Shown: positions 37,637 to 49,396, counted from the stretch's first letter. The stretch: DNA of 64,000 nt from Patescibacteria group bacterium (GCA_004321885.1 SCQK01000007.1:64001-128000), one strand, 5' to 3'. Translations and numbers: made by a program. The notes: a model not told the origin generated them from the sequence alone.

Positions 37637-38662
37637 TTATACCACAAAATTGTCTCGCAGTAATGTGGATAACTGTTTCCACTGCTCTACGGATAATTCT
37701 TGAGCGCGAATGTTTGGGCCAATACCCATTTCAGTAAAAATTTTTTCCAATTTTTCTTTAGCGCCCTCATTGTCATTCCCCCGACTAAGTACGGGGGAAT
37801 CCAGCAACGGCTGTAAATTCTTTATCAATAATTTGCGTTTTTGCGCGAATCCGGCTTTGACCACTTTGAAGAACCACTGTTCATTGTCATCATCGCTGTC
37901 ATCGCTGGCTCCATAGTCCCCCAAAGGGGGCTGTGGAGCCAGAGTGCCGGCCGACATCACGGCTCCATAATCCCGGTCGCCTGCGGCGACCGTGGAACTA
38001 TGGAGCCAGCGATGTTGCTCCATTCCTCGCAATGACAATTTTATCACCGCGCTGTCCACCTTGGGTTCGGGCCAAAAAAATGTTTTCGGCACTTTCATTA
38101 TTATTTCCGGCTCGGCGTAATATTGAACGGAAACAGCAAGCAAAGACATATCCCCCGGCCCAGCGCAAATTCTTTCGGCCACTTCTTTTTGCACCATGAG
38201 TACCATCACGGACGGACTGTCCGCTTCTCCCGCAACAGCGGGATCCCGCTCGCCGCGGGACAAAAATTTACGCAACACGTTGGAAGTGATTTGATACGGC
38301 AGATTGGCCACAACTTTGTATTCTTTATTCCCCATTCCTAATTCTCTATTTTTCAACACATTTCCCCACGCAATTTCCACGTTCTTATGTTTCTTCACTT
38401 GCTCTTCCCAATACGGCTGGAGTTTTTTTTCAATTTCATAGGCAATGACTTTGCCGGCGCGCTCGGCCAGCGCAAAGGTGAGCGCGCCAAAACCCGGGCC
38501 GATTTCAACCACCGTGTCTTTTTTGGAAATTTCCGCCGCCGCGAGCATCTTTTCTATTGGCTCTTCGCGCAACAAAAAATTCTGCCCGTATCGTTTGCTG
38601 GGAGTGAGGCGATACTTGGAGCAGAGATATTTTAAGTGTGAGGTAGCAAATAAGATGGACAT
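37637..38662 (-). CDS. rsmA: 16S rRNA (adenine1518/1519-N6)-dimethyltransferase with two in-frame repeat insertions
   Basis: RYGQNFLL, EIGPGFGALT and VVANLPYQITS motifs; insertions encoded by the family-F repeat (37895-38032) and the family-B repeat (37772-37805). Confidence 0.7.
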   Translation of the reverse strand: MSILFATSHLKYLCSKYRLTPSKRYGQNFLLREEPIEKMLAAAEISKKDTVVEIGPGFGALTFALAERAGKVIAYEIEKKLQPYWEEQVKKHKNVEIAWGNVLKNRELGMGNKEYKVVANLPYQITSNVLRKFLSRGERDPAVAGEADSPSVMVLMVQKEVAERICAGPGDMSLLAVSVQYYAEPEIIMKVPKTFFWPEPKVDSAVIKLSLRGMEQHRWLHSSTVAAGDRDYGAVMSAGTLAPQPPLGDYGASDDSDDDNEQWFFKVVKAGFAQKRKLLIKNLQPLLDSPVLSRGNDNEGAKEKLEKIFTEMGIGPNIRAQELSVEQWKQLSTLLRDNFVV

Positions 38663-38752
38663 AAGCGATAGGCGATATTCACTTTGCCCCGCCCTTCAAC
38701 CAGCAATCCGAAATATACCTATTAATAAAACTTTTGATATTGAACCATACTT

Positions 38753-39376
38753 CTATCGCTTATCGCTTATCTTCACGCACCCTTGCCTGATAATTTTAAT
38801 TTTTTCAAACTTCACGCTTACTATCGTACTTGGTTTTCTGCGCGGCAGTTTGCCGGCGTCCAGCAAAAAATCCGGCGCGTATTTTTTGCCGGCGAACTTT
38901 TTTATGATATCGCTACTATTATATATATCCCCTTCTCCGCCTATATTGGCCGAGGTGGCGACGAGCGGCCGGCCGAGCGCGGCGCATAATTTTTTGGCCA
39001 ATGGATGCGACGTGACGCGCAGGGCGAGGGTGTTGTTTGATACGACACCGGCGGCCAGACGAAAAGGGATTCCTCGCCGCGCTCGGAATGACAATGAAGC
39101 GACAATCGTGAGCGGGTCGTGCCAATATTGTTTTGCCAATTTTCCAATCGTCTTGTTCCAAACTAAATATTCTTTCGCCATGGCGACAGAAGACGCGACA
39201 ACCAAAAGCGGTTTGCTCTTTGGCCGCTTTTTTATCTTAAAAATTTTATCCACTGCTTTTTGATTCGCCGCGTCGCAACCCAAACCATACGAGGTCTCGG
39301 TGGGGAAAACGACAATTTGACCACTCTTCAAGGCAATAAAAATTTTTTCTATCTCACTTTTTTTCAAGATTATCAT
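38753..39376 (-). CDS. tsaC: L-threonylcarbamoyladenylate synthase (YrdC/Sua5 family)
   Basis: FPTETSYGLGCDA...KIKKRPKSKPL; an in-frame family-A half-element at 39070-39105. Confidence 0.7.
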   Translation of the reverse strand: MIILKKSEIEKIFIALKSGQIVVFPTETSYGLGCDAANQKAVDKIFKIKKRPKSKPLLVVASSVAMAKEYLVWNKTIGKLAKQYWHDPLTIVASLSFRARRGIPFRLAAGVVSNNTLALRVTSHPLAKKLCAALGRPLVATSANIGGEGDIYNSSDIIKKFAGKKYAPDFLLDAGKLPRRKPSTIVSVKFEKIKIIRQGCVKISDKR

Positions 39377-39436
39377 AATCGATTAGATAAGCGATACGCG
39401 ATAGGCGAAGAGCAAATATCGCATATCGCTTATCGC

Positions 39437-40507
39437 TTATTTTTTAATCCACCTCAAATACGCCTCGCAGAGCGGCAGCAGCTCCCCTTCCAGCACCCCC
39501 TCAGGGTCGCTGGATTCGTACTCGGTGCGGTGGTCTTTTACCATGTGATAGGGGTGCAAAACATACGAGCGTATCTGATTCCCCCACTCGGCCGATTTAT
39601 ACTCCCCGCGCAATTCCTGTTTTTCTTTCGCCAGCTTCTCCTGCTCCAGCCGGTGCAGTTTCGCTTTCAAAACCTTCATGGCCGTTTCCTTATTCTGTTG
39701 TTGCGAGCGTTCGTTCTGGCACTGCACGCTGATGCCGGTGGGCGCGTGCACAATGCGCACGGCTGAATAAGTGGTGTTGACGCTTTGGCCCCCGTGCCCG
39801 CCGGACATAAAAGTATCAATGCGCAAATCCTTGGGGTCAATGGCAATTCTTACATCCTCGTCCAACTCGGGCAAAACCTCCACCAGGGCGAAAGAAGTGT
39901 GGCGCATTTTCTCGGCGTCAAAAGGCGAAATGCGCACCAGCCGGTGCACGCCGTGTTCGGATTTTAGATAGCCATAGCCGTAGCGGCCTTTCACTTCAAA
40001 CATGACTGACTTAAAGCCGGCTTCGGCCCCGCGCGATTCTTCCAATACTTTTGTTTTCCAGCCGCGCTTTTCGCAAAAACGCAGCAGCATGCGCGTGAGC
40101 ATGGCGGCCCAGTCCTGGGCCTCGGTGCCGCCGCTGCCGGCATGTATGGCAACGATGGCGTTGTTCTTGTCATAAAGGCCGGAGAGCAGTAAATAAAATT
40201 CATACTCGGTGAAATCTTTTTCCAACTGCGCGGTTTGCTTTTCCACTTCTTCGGTTAGCGAATCATCGGCCGAGAGTTCAAGCAAATCATCGGCCTTGTT
40301 TTCTATCTGTTCCCACTTTTCCAATTCTTTTTTTATGTCCTGGTAATCCTGCGCCACGGCCTGGGCGTTTTCCTGGTCGCGCCAAAAATCCGGCGCCTCC
40401 ATTTGCGCCGCCAGCTTTTCGGACTTTTTTTTCAGCTCATTTAGTTTCAACAATTTTTTTGTCCGCCCTATTTTTTCTTTTAATTCCGATAATTTTTTAC
40501 TAACCAT
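39437..40507 (-). CDS. prfB: peptide chain release factor 2
   Basis: GGQ motif and SPF tripeptide; 356 aa in a single frame with no apparent programmed frameshift. Confidence 0.85.
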   Translation of the reverse strand: MVSKKLSELKEKIGRTKKLLKLNELKKKSEKLAAQMEAPDFWRDQENAQAVAQDYQDIKKELEKWEQIENKADDLLELSADDSLTEEVEKQTAQLEKDFTEYEFYLLLSGLYDKNNAIVAIHAGSGGTEAQDWAAMLTRMLLRFCEKRGWKTKVLEESRGAEAGFKSVMFEVKGRYGYGYLKSEHGVHRLVRISPFDAEKMRHTSFALVEVLPELDEDVRIAIDPKDLRIDTFMSGGHGGQSVNTTYSAVRIVHAPTGISVQCQNERSQQQNKETAMKVLKAKLHRLEQEKLAKEKQELRGEYKSAEWGNQIRSYVLHPYHMVKDHRTEYESSDPEGVLEGELLPLCEAYLRWIKK

Positions 40508-40528
40508 AGAATAACTGACGGAATTTTT

Positions 40529-41014
40529 TTAAAAAATTTTATCCAGCCCGACGGTCAAAACCGCGATTACCAGATTGGCGATAACCGTACCGACAAAAAG
40601 ATAAGGCCATGATTTTTTGAAAGGCAAACCGAGAATAAAAGCGATGAGCGAAGCCGTATAGCCGCCGTTTACCGGCAGAGGAATGGCCATAAAAATCAAA
40701 AGGCCTATAAGTTCGTATTTTTGATAACGGGCAAATTTTTTTTGCGCATGGGCCAGCGCCTTCAGCCACGCTTTGCCAAAAAATCCGGAATTCTGCGAAA
40801 CCCATTTGTGAAATTTGTCGGCCACCAGCAGAATCGCCGTAATCGGAATCATATTTCCCGCGATAATCAAAATCATCGCTTCCCAAACGGGCAAGCGATA
40901 CGCGACTATCGCCACCGGCAAAGCCACTCTTTCCACGAGCGGCAAAGCGGACATGATGATAGTAGCCAGAACCGGCGGAAACGAGGAAAAAAAATGGATG
41001 AATGCTTGAGTCAT
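40529..41014 (-). CDS. small integral membrane protein (COG2426-like)
   Basis: 161 aa, four TM helices. Confidence 0.4.
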   Translation of the reverse strand: MTQAFIHFFSSFPPVLATIIMSALPLVERVALPVAIVAYRLPVWEAMILIIAGNMIPITAILLVADKFHKWVSQNSGFFGKAWLKALAHAQKKFARYQKYELIGLLIFMAIPLPVNGGYTASLIAFILGLPFKKSWPYLFVGTVIANLVIAVLTVGLDKIF

Positions 41015-41123
41015 AAATCATGGCGACAGACCCATCATACATCAAAATATCCATATTGACAATCAGGAACGATTGCCATACTATATTTGAAACTCAAGGC
41101 TCATTCCCCCAAGGAGGGATTAT

Positions 41124-41285
41124 ATGAAAACTCTGTTGTGGGTGATAATGATGGGCGGGCCATTTCTGATTCTGTGTAAGGACAGGTGGCTCATCTTCGT
41201 TGGCGCCATGATTATCGGCGCCTGGATTGTCGGCATTCTGGGTGCGGGCGTGGCCAGCGGACGCTCGCCGCAAGACCCGGAATAG
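41124..41285 (+). CDS. small membrane protein (53 aa)
   Basis: AAGGAGGG RBS 6 nt upstream of ATG; two hydrophobic helices; followed by a terminator. Confidence 0.45.
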   Translation: MKTLLWVIMMGGPFLILCKDRWLIFVGAMIIGAWIVGILGAGVASGRSPQDPE

Positions 41286-41299
41286 TCTCTATCGTTCGT

Positions 41300-41330
41300 G
41301 CCTCGCGCCACCCCGCGAGGCGTTTTTTTT
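41300..41330 (+). terminator. rho-independent terminator
   Basis: CCTCGCG-CCACC-CCGCGAGG followed by T8. Confidence 0.6.
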
Positions 41331-41337
41331 AAATAAA

Positions 41338-41368
41338 TATCCCTCCCCTTCTAGGGGAGGGATAGGGG
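41338..41368. repeat. family-C GC hairpin (CCCTCCCC-TTCTA-GGGGAGGG)
   Basis: part of a bidirectional terminator region downstream of groEL; other copies at 11443-11470, 13055-13095, 49612-49650, 50937-50975, 55803-55835 and 58826-58868. Confidence 0.7.
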
Positions 41369-41395
41369 GGAAGAGCGCCTTGTTTTCTGCTCTTG

Positions 41396-43064
<1,669 letters not shown>

Positions 43065-43075
43065 TTCATTAATTT

Positions 43076-43366
43076 TTATTCAACTATCGCCAAGATGTCC
43101 TCCTGGGATAAAATTTTATATTCTTCTTTGCCGAGCTCAACCTTGTCGCCGCCCCAGGTTTTGAAAATCACATGGTCGCCGACTTTCACTTCCATTTTGG
43201 AGCGCTCACCGGATTCAAGCAGCTTGCCCGGGCCCACAGCTACCACATCGCCTTCGGCCTTTTTTCTTTCTTCCTCTGTCTTTGTTAAAACCAAACCAAA
43301 GGAAGTAACTTCTTCCTCTTTTGTCTGTTTGACCAATACATGGTCGCCTAATGGTTTTATCTGCAT
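43076..43366 (-). CDS. groES: co-chaperonin GroES
   Basis: 96 aa, MQIKPLGDHVLVK. Confidence 0.9.
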   Translation of the reverse strand: MQIKPLGDHVLVKQTKEEEVTSFGLVLTKTEEERKKAEGDVVAVGPGKLLESGERSKMEVKVGDHVIFKTWGGDKVELGKEEYKILSQEDILAIVE

Positions 43367-43399
43367 ATATTATTCTGTCATTCCCCCGACTAAGTCGGG
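43367..43399. repeat. family-B palindrome in the groES 5' region
   Basis: identity to the other copies. Confidence 0.85.
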
Positions 43400-43494
43400 G
43401 GAATCCAGTTATAATTAAAAAAAAGACGCATATTATCACTCTAAATACCAGAGTGATAACTGTGCACCTCATCTTACCATTTTCTCAAAAAATG

Positions 43495-44889
43495 TCAAGA
43501 CCTTCTGCGCCCAACCACCAAACCCCACACTCCCCACCAAAAAACCTGTCCCACGTACAATGACCACAAAAAGTGTTCAAAGAGCGCGGCCGCGAGCAGA
43601 GTAGCCAACACCGGAATGAAGACGCGATTATTCGCTGAAACAAACTGGCAGAGTTTTCTGTGGATTAAATAAAAAATAATAAAACCGAACAAGCCCAGCT
43701 CGGCAAACACCAAAACATAAGTATTATGGACCGGCAAAGAGTACAGGCTATGCGTGGCCGCCGCCAACCTGATTGGGTAAAAACCGGGGCCAACACCAAA
43801 CAAAGGATATTTTTTAATAAAAGCAAAGGCGTATTCATATTGATTTTGACGCTCGGAAATGGAGCGGGTTTCCAGCCGGGTATTGGCGCGAATGCGGGTG
43901 GCGAAGACAGGCCATAAGATGATGACAAAAGCAAAAATAACAAGCAAGCTATATGTAATTTGCTTAAAAATAAGCGAGGGGATTCTTCCGCGCGCCCCTT
44001 CAGGGCCTGGTCGAAATAACACCACTAACCAAAAAACCATTCCAACTGCCGCGGCAATCCACGCCCCGCGCGAAAACGATAAAATCAATCCGCTCAAAAC
44101 AAACGTCTGCCCAATGGAAAAAAGGATTTTGCGTCCGCCTTTTTCTATACGCGAATACAATACCAACCCCAGCACAAAAATCACCGCCAAATAAATTCCA
44201 AAAGGATTTGGCCCGCCCAAACTGCCGTACGGACGCAGAAGACGCGCGCCGGCAAACTCAATCACTCCGGCCCCGACGTCATAAGACGCGTGCCCTGCAA
44301 TTCCCAGCCACTTGCTCGCGAACACCCCTTGAACACAAAATTGATACAAGCCCAAAATCGCTTGCCCCACCCCGCCGAGCCATAACGCGCCCAGTGCCCC
44401 CCCCTTTATACTTCGTATTTGCTTGTTCGCTCGGAAGAAAAACTTCATTTTTCTTCTCTCGCTCACTTCGCAAATAAGGGGGGGCGACGGGGGGGTAAAG
44501 GCGACGACCACCCCGAGCGCCATGGCCTCAAGTAATTTGAAAACAAAATAAAAAGAAATACCCTTGTCAAAACTCTTCAAAACGCCGATTCCCAAAATAG
44601 CCAAAAAAATAATTAAATATAAAAGCGCTCGTTTTCTATTTTTCGCCCGCGCAAAAAAATCCCGTCGCGCTTCCTTGCTCCAAAATTTCTCCAGTAAAAA
44701 CAAAAGCAAAATAATCCAGAACAAAATTTCCGTGGCGTATAAGCTCACGGTTCCATATTCCCAAAATTGCCCGTTCAGTTCCCCGTATTTCCAGATATAA
44801 CGGGTTTGCCAAGGCAGGAGAAAGAAGAAAAGGAGTAAGAGGTAATACCGAATTCGTGAAATTAACATAAACAGAATGGCAAAATCCAA
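43495..44889 (-). CDS. O-antigen ligase (Wzy_C)-family membrane protein
   Basis: about 10 TM helices; FSRGAWIAAAVGM motif. Confidence 0.55.
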   Translation of the reverse strand: MDFAILFMLISRIRYYLLLLFFFLLPWQTRYIWKYGELNGQFWEYGTVSLYATEILFWIILLLFLLEKFWSKEARRDFFARAKNRKRALLYLIIFLAILGIGVLKSFDKGISFYFVFKLLEAMALGVVVAFTPPSPPLICEVSERRKMKFFFRANKQIRSIKGGALGALWLGGVGQAILGLYQFCVQGVFASKWLGIAGHASYDVGAGVIEFAGARLLRPYGSLGGPNPFGIYLAVIFVLGLVLYSRIEKGGRKILFSIGQTFVLSGLILSFSRGAWIAAAVGMVFWLVVLFRPGPEGARGRIPSLIFKQITYSLLVIFAFVIILWPVFATRIRANTRLETRSISERQNQYEYAFAFIKKYPLFGVGPGFYPIRLAAATHSLYSLPVHNTYVLVFAELGLFGFIIFYLIHRKLCQFVSANNRVFIPVLATLLAAALFEHFLWSLYVGQVFWWGVWGLVVGRRRS

Positions 44890-44892
44890 ATG

Positions 44893-44960
44893 CTTAAATT
44901 TGACATTGGGAATTGAATATTGGACATTGATTGGTCATTGGTAATTGGTAATTTTTAATT
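44893..44960. repeat. about 70-bp repeat (TTTGACATTGGGAATTGAATATTGGACATTGATTGGTCATTGGTAATTGG)
   Basis: inverted copy at 49290-49365. Confidence 0.7.
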
Positions 44961-45972
44961 TCCACTCTTCTCTATATTTCGCCCTGGTGTCATTCTCGTG
45001 AAATTTCAAAATGCCGTCGGAAATCACCACGCTCTTGTCGCCCGCGGCGGCTTTTTCTTTCAAAGAGAACATAAGCCGAGCCATCTGAAGCGCTTTTACC
45101 TGCCCTTCAATCAAATCGCCATACGTTCCGGCCCACATTTTTTCCCAAATTGTTTTCCAAATTTTGCCAAGCCGTGAATCGCGCAAACGCAAGCGCGAAA
45201 CAACTTCAAATCGCGCCAAGGCATTGGGCAAGTATTTTTTTGTCCACGAATTCGCGGCCAAAAAATTGGCGTAATAATTGCCGGGGTCGTATATCGGAAT
45301 CATCTGGTGTATCCAATAAGCAAAATGTATGTCATCATCGGCCACGCGTAAATTTTCCAAATTTAAGTGTTCGCTGTCCGCGTAAAACGACAAACAGACG
45401 CGATTTTTGTGCTTTTGGCCATACACGCGCAAACCCCACAATCGCAAAATTAAATTGGTAAAAAACCGCGCCAACCAGACGCGGCGCGGGGCGGCGACGA
45501 TGAAAAAATCAATGTCGCTTTCTTCCTTCGCCTGCTCCATACCCACGCTGTTGCAGACAAAAACCGCTTTCACAAACGGCGCCGAACGGATTTTTTTGGC
45601 GGCCCGGCGCGCGATTTTTAATTTCTTCTCCGTTTCCGCCAGCCGCGCCCGCCGCGCCTCAACTGTCCCCGCTCGCCCGGGAAGAAAATAATAACTGAAT
45701 TTTGTTTCAACCTTTCTGTCATCCTGAACTTGCTTCAGGATCTCTAAAAATTGCGCAAACCCCATCGCCGGCGCCTGCCCCCACACCAAAGAATTTGGTG
45801 TGGGGGGCGTCCACAAAAAAGAATACACCTCTTCGCGCGTCAGAGGATAATCGGCCGAATCAAAATAAGCCAGAGTTTTCTGAATACTTTCAAGAAGAGC
45901 TTTTTCCATAGGGCTCTTTGTCTGAAATTTCCGCCGCACAAATTGCCAAGCCCTTGTTGCCAATTTCCACAA
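44935..45972 (-). CDS. nucleotidyltransferase-domain protein (Pol-beta-like NTase superfamily)
   Basis: NSVGMEQAKEESDIDFFIV; contains in-frame family-D (CCCACACCAAAGAATTTGGTGTGGGGG) and family-E palindromes. Confidence 0.45.
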   Translation of the reverse strand: MWKLATRAWQFVRRKFQTKSPMEKALLESIQKTLAYFDSADYPLTREEVYSFLWTPPTPNSLVWGQAPAMGFAQFLEILKQVQDDRKVETKFSYYFLPGRAGTVEARRARLAETEKKLKIARRAAKKIRSAPFVKAVFVCNSVGMEQAKEESDIDFFIVAAPRRVWLARFFTNLILRLWGLRVYGQKHKNRVCLSFYADSEHLNLENLRVADDDIHFAYWIHQMIPIYDPGNYYANFLAANSWTKKYLPNALARFEVVSRLRLRDSRLGKIWKTIWEKMWAGTYGDLIEGQVKALQMARLMFSLKEKAAAGDKSVVISDGILKFHENDTRAKYREEWKLKITNYQ

Positions 45973-46546
45973 GTGTTACGCCTTCAATCGTACCACTGAC
46001 GGTATGCCCGTTTTTCTTCAGCATATCCACAATTTTTTTCGCCTCAGCCGGATCTGTGACAAAAAAACGTTCTGCCGGCCTATTTTGCGGGTTTCCTGAT
46101 AGGCTTGTGTTAAGTTTGGAATTTTGGAACAATTCTTTGAATTTCGGAACATTGAAATCCGAAATATTTTTTAATTCAAAAATTTTTGACGTTTGCGAGT
46201 TTTTGAAAACAGACGGATTGGTTAAATTCAACATTTCATTTTCAAATTCAATCAGGCCCTTTGTCGCTTCGGCTGATTTTAATGTCGCCTTCTTGGCCAA
46301 CTCCCCTTTTTCTTCAACGCTGAATTTTGATCTGCCGAAGGAATTAACTACGTTTTGTTCGGTTTCCTGGACTTTGCCGCTAATCTGGCCCAGCAGTTTA
46401 ACGTAATCTTTCGGGTTTACGGGCTTAACATCCATTTTCTGACCGGCTACTGTCGCGAACCAACTGCCGCTCACAGTCGTTTCAGCCGCTTTTCCCGGCG
46501 CTCTTTCCTTTTCAAATTTTTTAATCCCTTCTCCTCTCTCCAGCAT
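45890..46546 (-). CDS. hypothetical protein downstream of yidC
   Basis: 218 aa, Lys-rich; overlaps the previous ORF by about 80 nt, so the start is uncertain. Confidence 0.35.
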   Translation of the reverse strand: MLERGEGIKKFEKERAPGKAAETTVSGSWFATVAGQKMDVKPVNPKDYVKLLGQISGKVQETEQNVVNSFGRSKFSVEEKGELAKKATLKSAEATKGLIEFENEMLNLTNPSVFKNSQTSKIFELKNISDFNVPKFKELFQNSKLNTSLSGNPQNRPAERFFVTDPAEAKKIVDMLKKNGHTVSGTIEGVTLVEIGNKGLAICAAEISDKEPYGKSSS

Positions 46547-46555
46547 AAAATTTTC

Positions 46556-47314
46556 TTAAACCACCTTTCCTTCGATGACATTGGGCGAAGCCGGTGGATT
46601 TTTCTTGAAGAGATAAACTTGTTGAAGAGCCATCAGCAGGGTGCTGAAAAACCAATACAAAGTAAGACCGGCCGGCAAACTCATGCCGATAAGCACGGTC
46701 ATCAGCGGCATAAAATACAGCATCTGCTTATTCATCATGCTCATCATGGCTTCATCTTTGCTGCCGACTCCGGCGCCGGCCGGAGGCTTCTTGCCCTTGT
46801 TCATTGTCTTGGCCTGCCAAAACTGGGCCGCGCCGGCCAATACCGCCAAAATCACATTGGGCTTGGCCATATCAAAAAACCCGAAAGAAATCGGATTGAT
46901 TTTTCCCGGATTGGACACGAACGGATAAAGCCATTGACCCAAGTTGGCCGAAACCAAAGCATCGCGCAGAACCATGTACAAGGCGATTAAAATTGGCAGT
47001 TGGATAAGAATCGGCAAACACGAAGCGAACGGGTTCACTTTGTTGGTTTTGTACAATTCCATTATGGCCTGGGTCTGTTTTTGCTTGTCATCGGCGTACT
47101 GTTTTTTTATGGCCTCCATTCTCGGCTGAAGCTCTTGCAAAGAGCGCTGGGCCCTGATGGATGAAGTGGTAAGCGGCCACAAAGCCAGCCGCACCAAAAT
47201 CGTAATCGCCAAAATCACCAGACCGACGTCGTGGCCCGGCAGAATATCATAAAGGCCGACAAAGATATTGAAGATGGGCTGGTAAAGTACGGTGCGAAAG
47301 AGGGTGGAAAACAT
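46556..47314 (-). CDS. yidC: membrane protein insertase YidC (short form)
   Basis: YKTNKVNPFASCLPILIQLPILIALY. Confidence 0.8.
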   Translation of the reverse strand: MFSTLFRTVLYQPIFNIFVGLYDILPGHDVGLVILAITILVRLALWPLTTSSIRAQRSLQELQPRMEAIKKQYADDKQKQTQAIMELYKTNKVNPFASCLPILIQLPILIALYMVLRDALVSANLGQWLYPFVSNPGKINPISFGFFDMAKPNVILAVLAGAAQFWQAKTMNKGKKPPAGAGVGSKDEAMMSMMNKQMLYFMPLMTVLIGMSLPAGLTLYWFFSTLLMALQQVYLFKKNPPASPNVIEGKVV

Positions 47315-47318
47315 ATTT

Positions 47319-48560
47319 TTATTCTTTAGTTTCTTCTACTGGCTCTTCTTTGCTTTCCCCAACCTTTTCCTCAATCGGTTCAGCCGCCGCTTCTTCGCTG
47401 GACATTTCCTGAGTGCCGCCCTTTTCTTTCACATTGATGCCCCAGCCCGTAAGCTGGGCCGCCAGGCGCACGTTTTGCCCGCCGCGGCCAATGGCCAAAG
47501 AAAACTGGTCCGGCGCGACATACGCCGAAGCCGTTTTGCTGGCTTCGTCCAATTCCACTTCCGCCACTTTGGCTGGAGACAGCGCGTTGGCAATATAGTT
47601 GACCGGACTTTCGCCATAACGGATGATATCTATTTTTTCTCCGCCCAGCTCTTCTATTATAGTATTGATGCGTCCACCGCGCTGGCCAATGCACGAACCG
47701 ATGGGGTCTATCTGCTCGTCGTTCGCGTCCACAGCCACCTTGGAACGGTAGCCGGGCTCGCGCGCGATGCCTTTTATTTCAATCAGTCCTTCTTTAAGCT
47801 CGGGAATTTCCTGCTTGAAAATTTCCCGCACCAAACCCGCGTCGGCGCGCGATAAAATTATCTCGGGTCCGCGCGGCCCCATCTGCACCGACTGCACCAA
47901 AAATTTCAGCTTGCTCCCGGAACGATAAAAATCGCGGCTGTTTTGCTGTTCCGCGGGCATAATGCCAGTAACTTTGCCCAAATCAACCAAAGTTTTTCTG
48001 CCTTCCACGCGCTGAATCGTGCCGACAATTACCTGACCTTCCTGACCCTTGAAGTCGTCAAACACCATACTGCGCTCGGCTTCGCGCACCTTTTGGATTA
48101 TCACCTGCTTGGCGGTCTGCGCGGCCATGCGTCCGAAATCGCCCCCAGCCTCCAGCTCAATTTCCAGCACCTCGCCGGCCCGGGCGCCTTTTTTGATTTT
48201 TTTCGCCTCCGAGAGCATCATTTCCAGCTTGGGATTAAAGCGCGGCAAATCAGCCACTTCTTCCTCGGTGAGCTCGCGGCCTTCCTCTTTGGCCTTTTCA
48301 CGCCGCTTGGTCAATTCTTCCTGGGCCGCGACCAGCGCCTCCTCGGCAGTATCTTCCACCACGATTTTCACGTCCCACGCTTTCATATCGCCGGTCTCGG
48401 GGTCAAATTTCACCTTGATGTTCTGTTGTTTGTTGCCAAAATCCTTGCGATAAGCCGCGGCCAGCGCCACTTCTATGGCCTCAAGCACCGCCTCGTAGGG
48501 CAGATTTTTTTCCTCGCACAAAAATTGTATGGCCTTGCTGATTTCCGACATAGTTGTCAT
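47319..48560 (-). CDS. nusA: transcription termination/antitermination factor NusA
   Basis: N-terminal domain + S1 + KH architecture, 413 aa. Confidence 0.9.
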   Translation of the reverse strand: MTTMSEISKAIQFLCEEKNLPYEAVLEAIEVALAAAYRKDFGNKQQNIKVKFDPETGDMKAWDVKIVVEDTAEEALVAAQEELTKRREKAKEEGRELTEEEVADLPRFNPKLEMMLSEAKKIKKGARAGEVLEIELEAGGDFGRMAAQTAKQVIIQKVREAERSMVFDDFKGQEGQVIVGTIQRVEGRKTLVDLGKVTGIMPAEQQNSRDFYRSGSKLKFLVQSVQMGPRGPEIILSRADAGLVREIFKQEIPELKEGLIEIKGIAREPGYRSKVAVDANDEQIDPIGSCIGQRGGRINTIIEELGGEKIDIIRYGESPVNYIANALSPAKVAEVELDEASKTASAYVAPDQFSLAIGRGGQNVRLAAQLTGWGINVKEKGGTQEMSSEEAAAEPIEEKVGESKEEPVEETKE

Positions 48561-48588
48561 TCCCCCGACTTAGTCGGGGGAATCCAGT
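48556..48588. repeat. family-B palindrome abutting the nusA start codon
   Basis: identity. Confidence 0.85.
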
Positions 48589-48667
48589 TATATTAAATTA
48601 AAGAGCCCTTCTTCCGAAGCGCTCTCTTAACAATCAAACCTTGGAATTAAGCATACACCTGTCTGAT

Positions 48668-49306
48668 TCAAATGTCAAGGGCCTTGGCGATATTTTGCGG
48701 CACATGGTGCGGGGTTTTGCCAAATACAACCACTTCATCGCCCGCTTCCAAAAAATTATATAATTTTTCCGCGTTTTTGTAAGCGATGTTCACACAGCCG
48801 TGACTCATGGGTTTTTTGCCAAACTGGTTGTGCCAATACGCGCCGTGGAGATAATAGTGCCTTTTGAATTCCAAATTCCACTTGGTATTGGGCAGGTTGT
48901 AACCGGGCCCGATATAATTCACCACCGGGACTTTGCGCATTATCGTGAATTTGCCCTTGGGCGTGGGCATGCTAACCAGACCGGTGGAAACCGGCATGGC
49001 GCCGATTTTTACATTATTGTAAAAATAATATAACTGCTGTTTGGCCAAATCTACCTCCACGCGGCGCGCGGAGGTTTTTTCTTTGTCCGGCGACAGCGGG
49101 TCGTGTCCGGTGTAAACCTCTTGTCCGTCTTTATAGCCGTCGGCGTCCGAGTCCGGATTGTTCAAATCCGTGCCCAAAGATGTCTCCAGCGCATCGGACA
49201 GGCCGTCTTTGTCTATATCCAAAACGGCCGCGAAAGTGGAGATGGGCAGTAGAATAAAGAATATAATGATTAATATTGTGTACCGCATAAAATTTTCAAT
49301 TACCAA
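48668..49306 (-). CDS. L,D-transpeptidase (YkuD) with N-terminal TSP3-like Ca-binding repeats
   Basis: DIDKDGLSDALE and DSDADGYKDGQE repeats; catalytic SHGCVNI. Confidence 0.75.
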   Translation of the reverse strand: MVIENFMRYTILIIIFFILLPISTFAAVLDIDKDGLSDALETSLGTDLNNPDSDADGYKDGQEVYTGHDPLSPDKEKTSARRVEVDLAKQQLYYFYNNVKIGAMPVSTGLVSMPTPKGKFTIMRKVPVVNYIGPGYNLPNTKWNLEFKRHYYLHGAYWHNQFGKKPMSHGCVNIAYKNAEKLYNFLEAGDEVVVFGKTPHHVPQNIAKALDI

Positions 49307-49365
49307 TGACCAATTTCCAATAAATGTTCAATATCCAATTCCCGATGTCAAAATTTGACATTTGA
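49290..49365. repeat. inverted copy of the 44893-44960 repeat
   Basis: about 85% identity by eye. Confidence 0.7.
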
Positions 49366-49396
49366 ACTTTATTATTGATTTGACATTTGTAATTTG

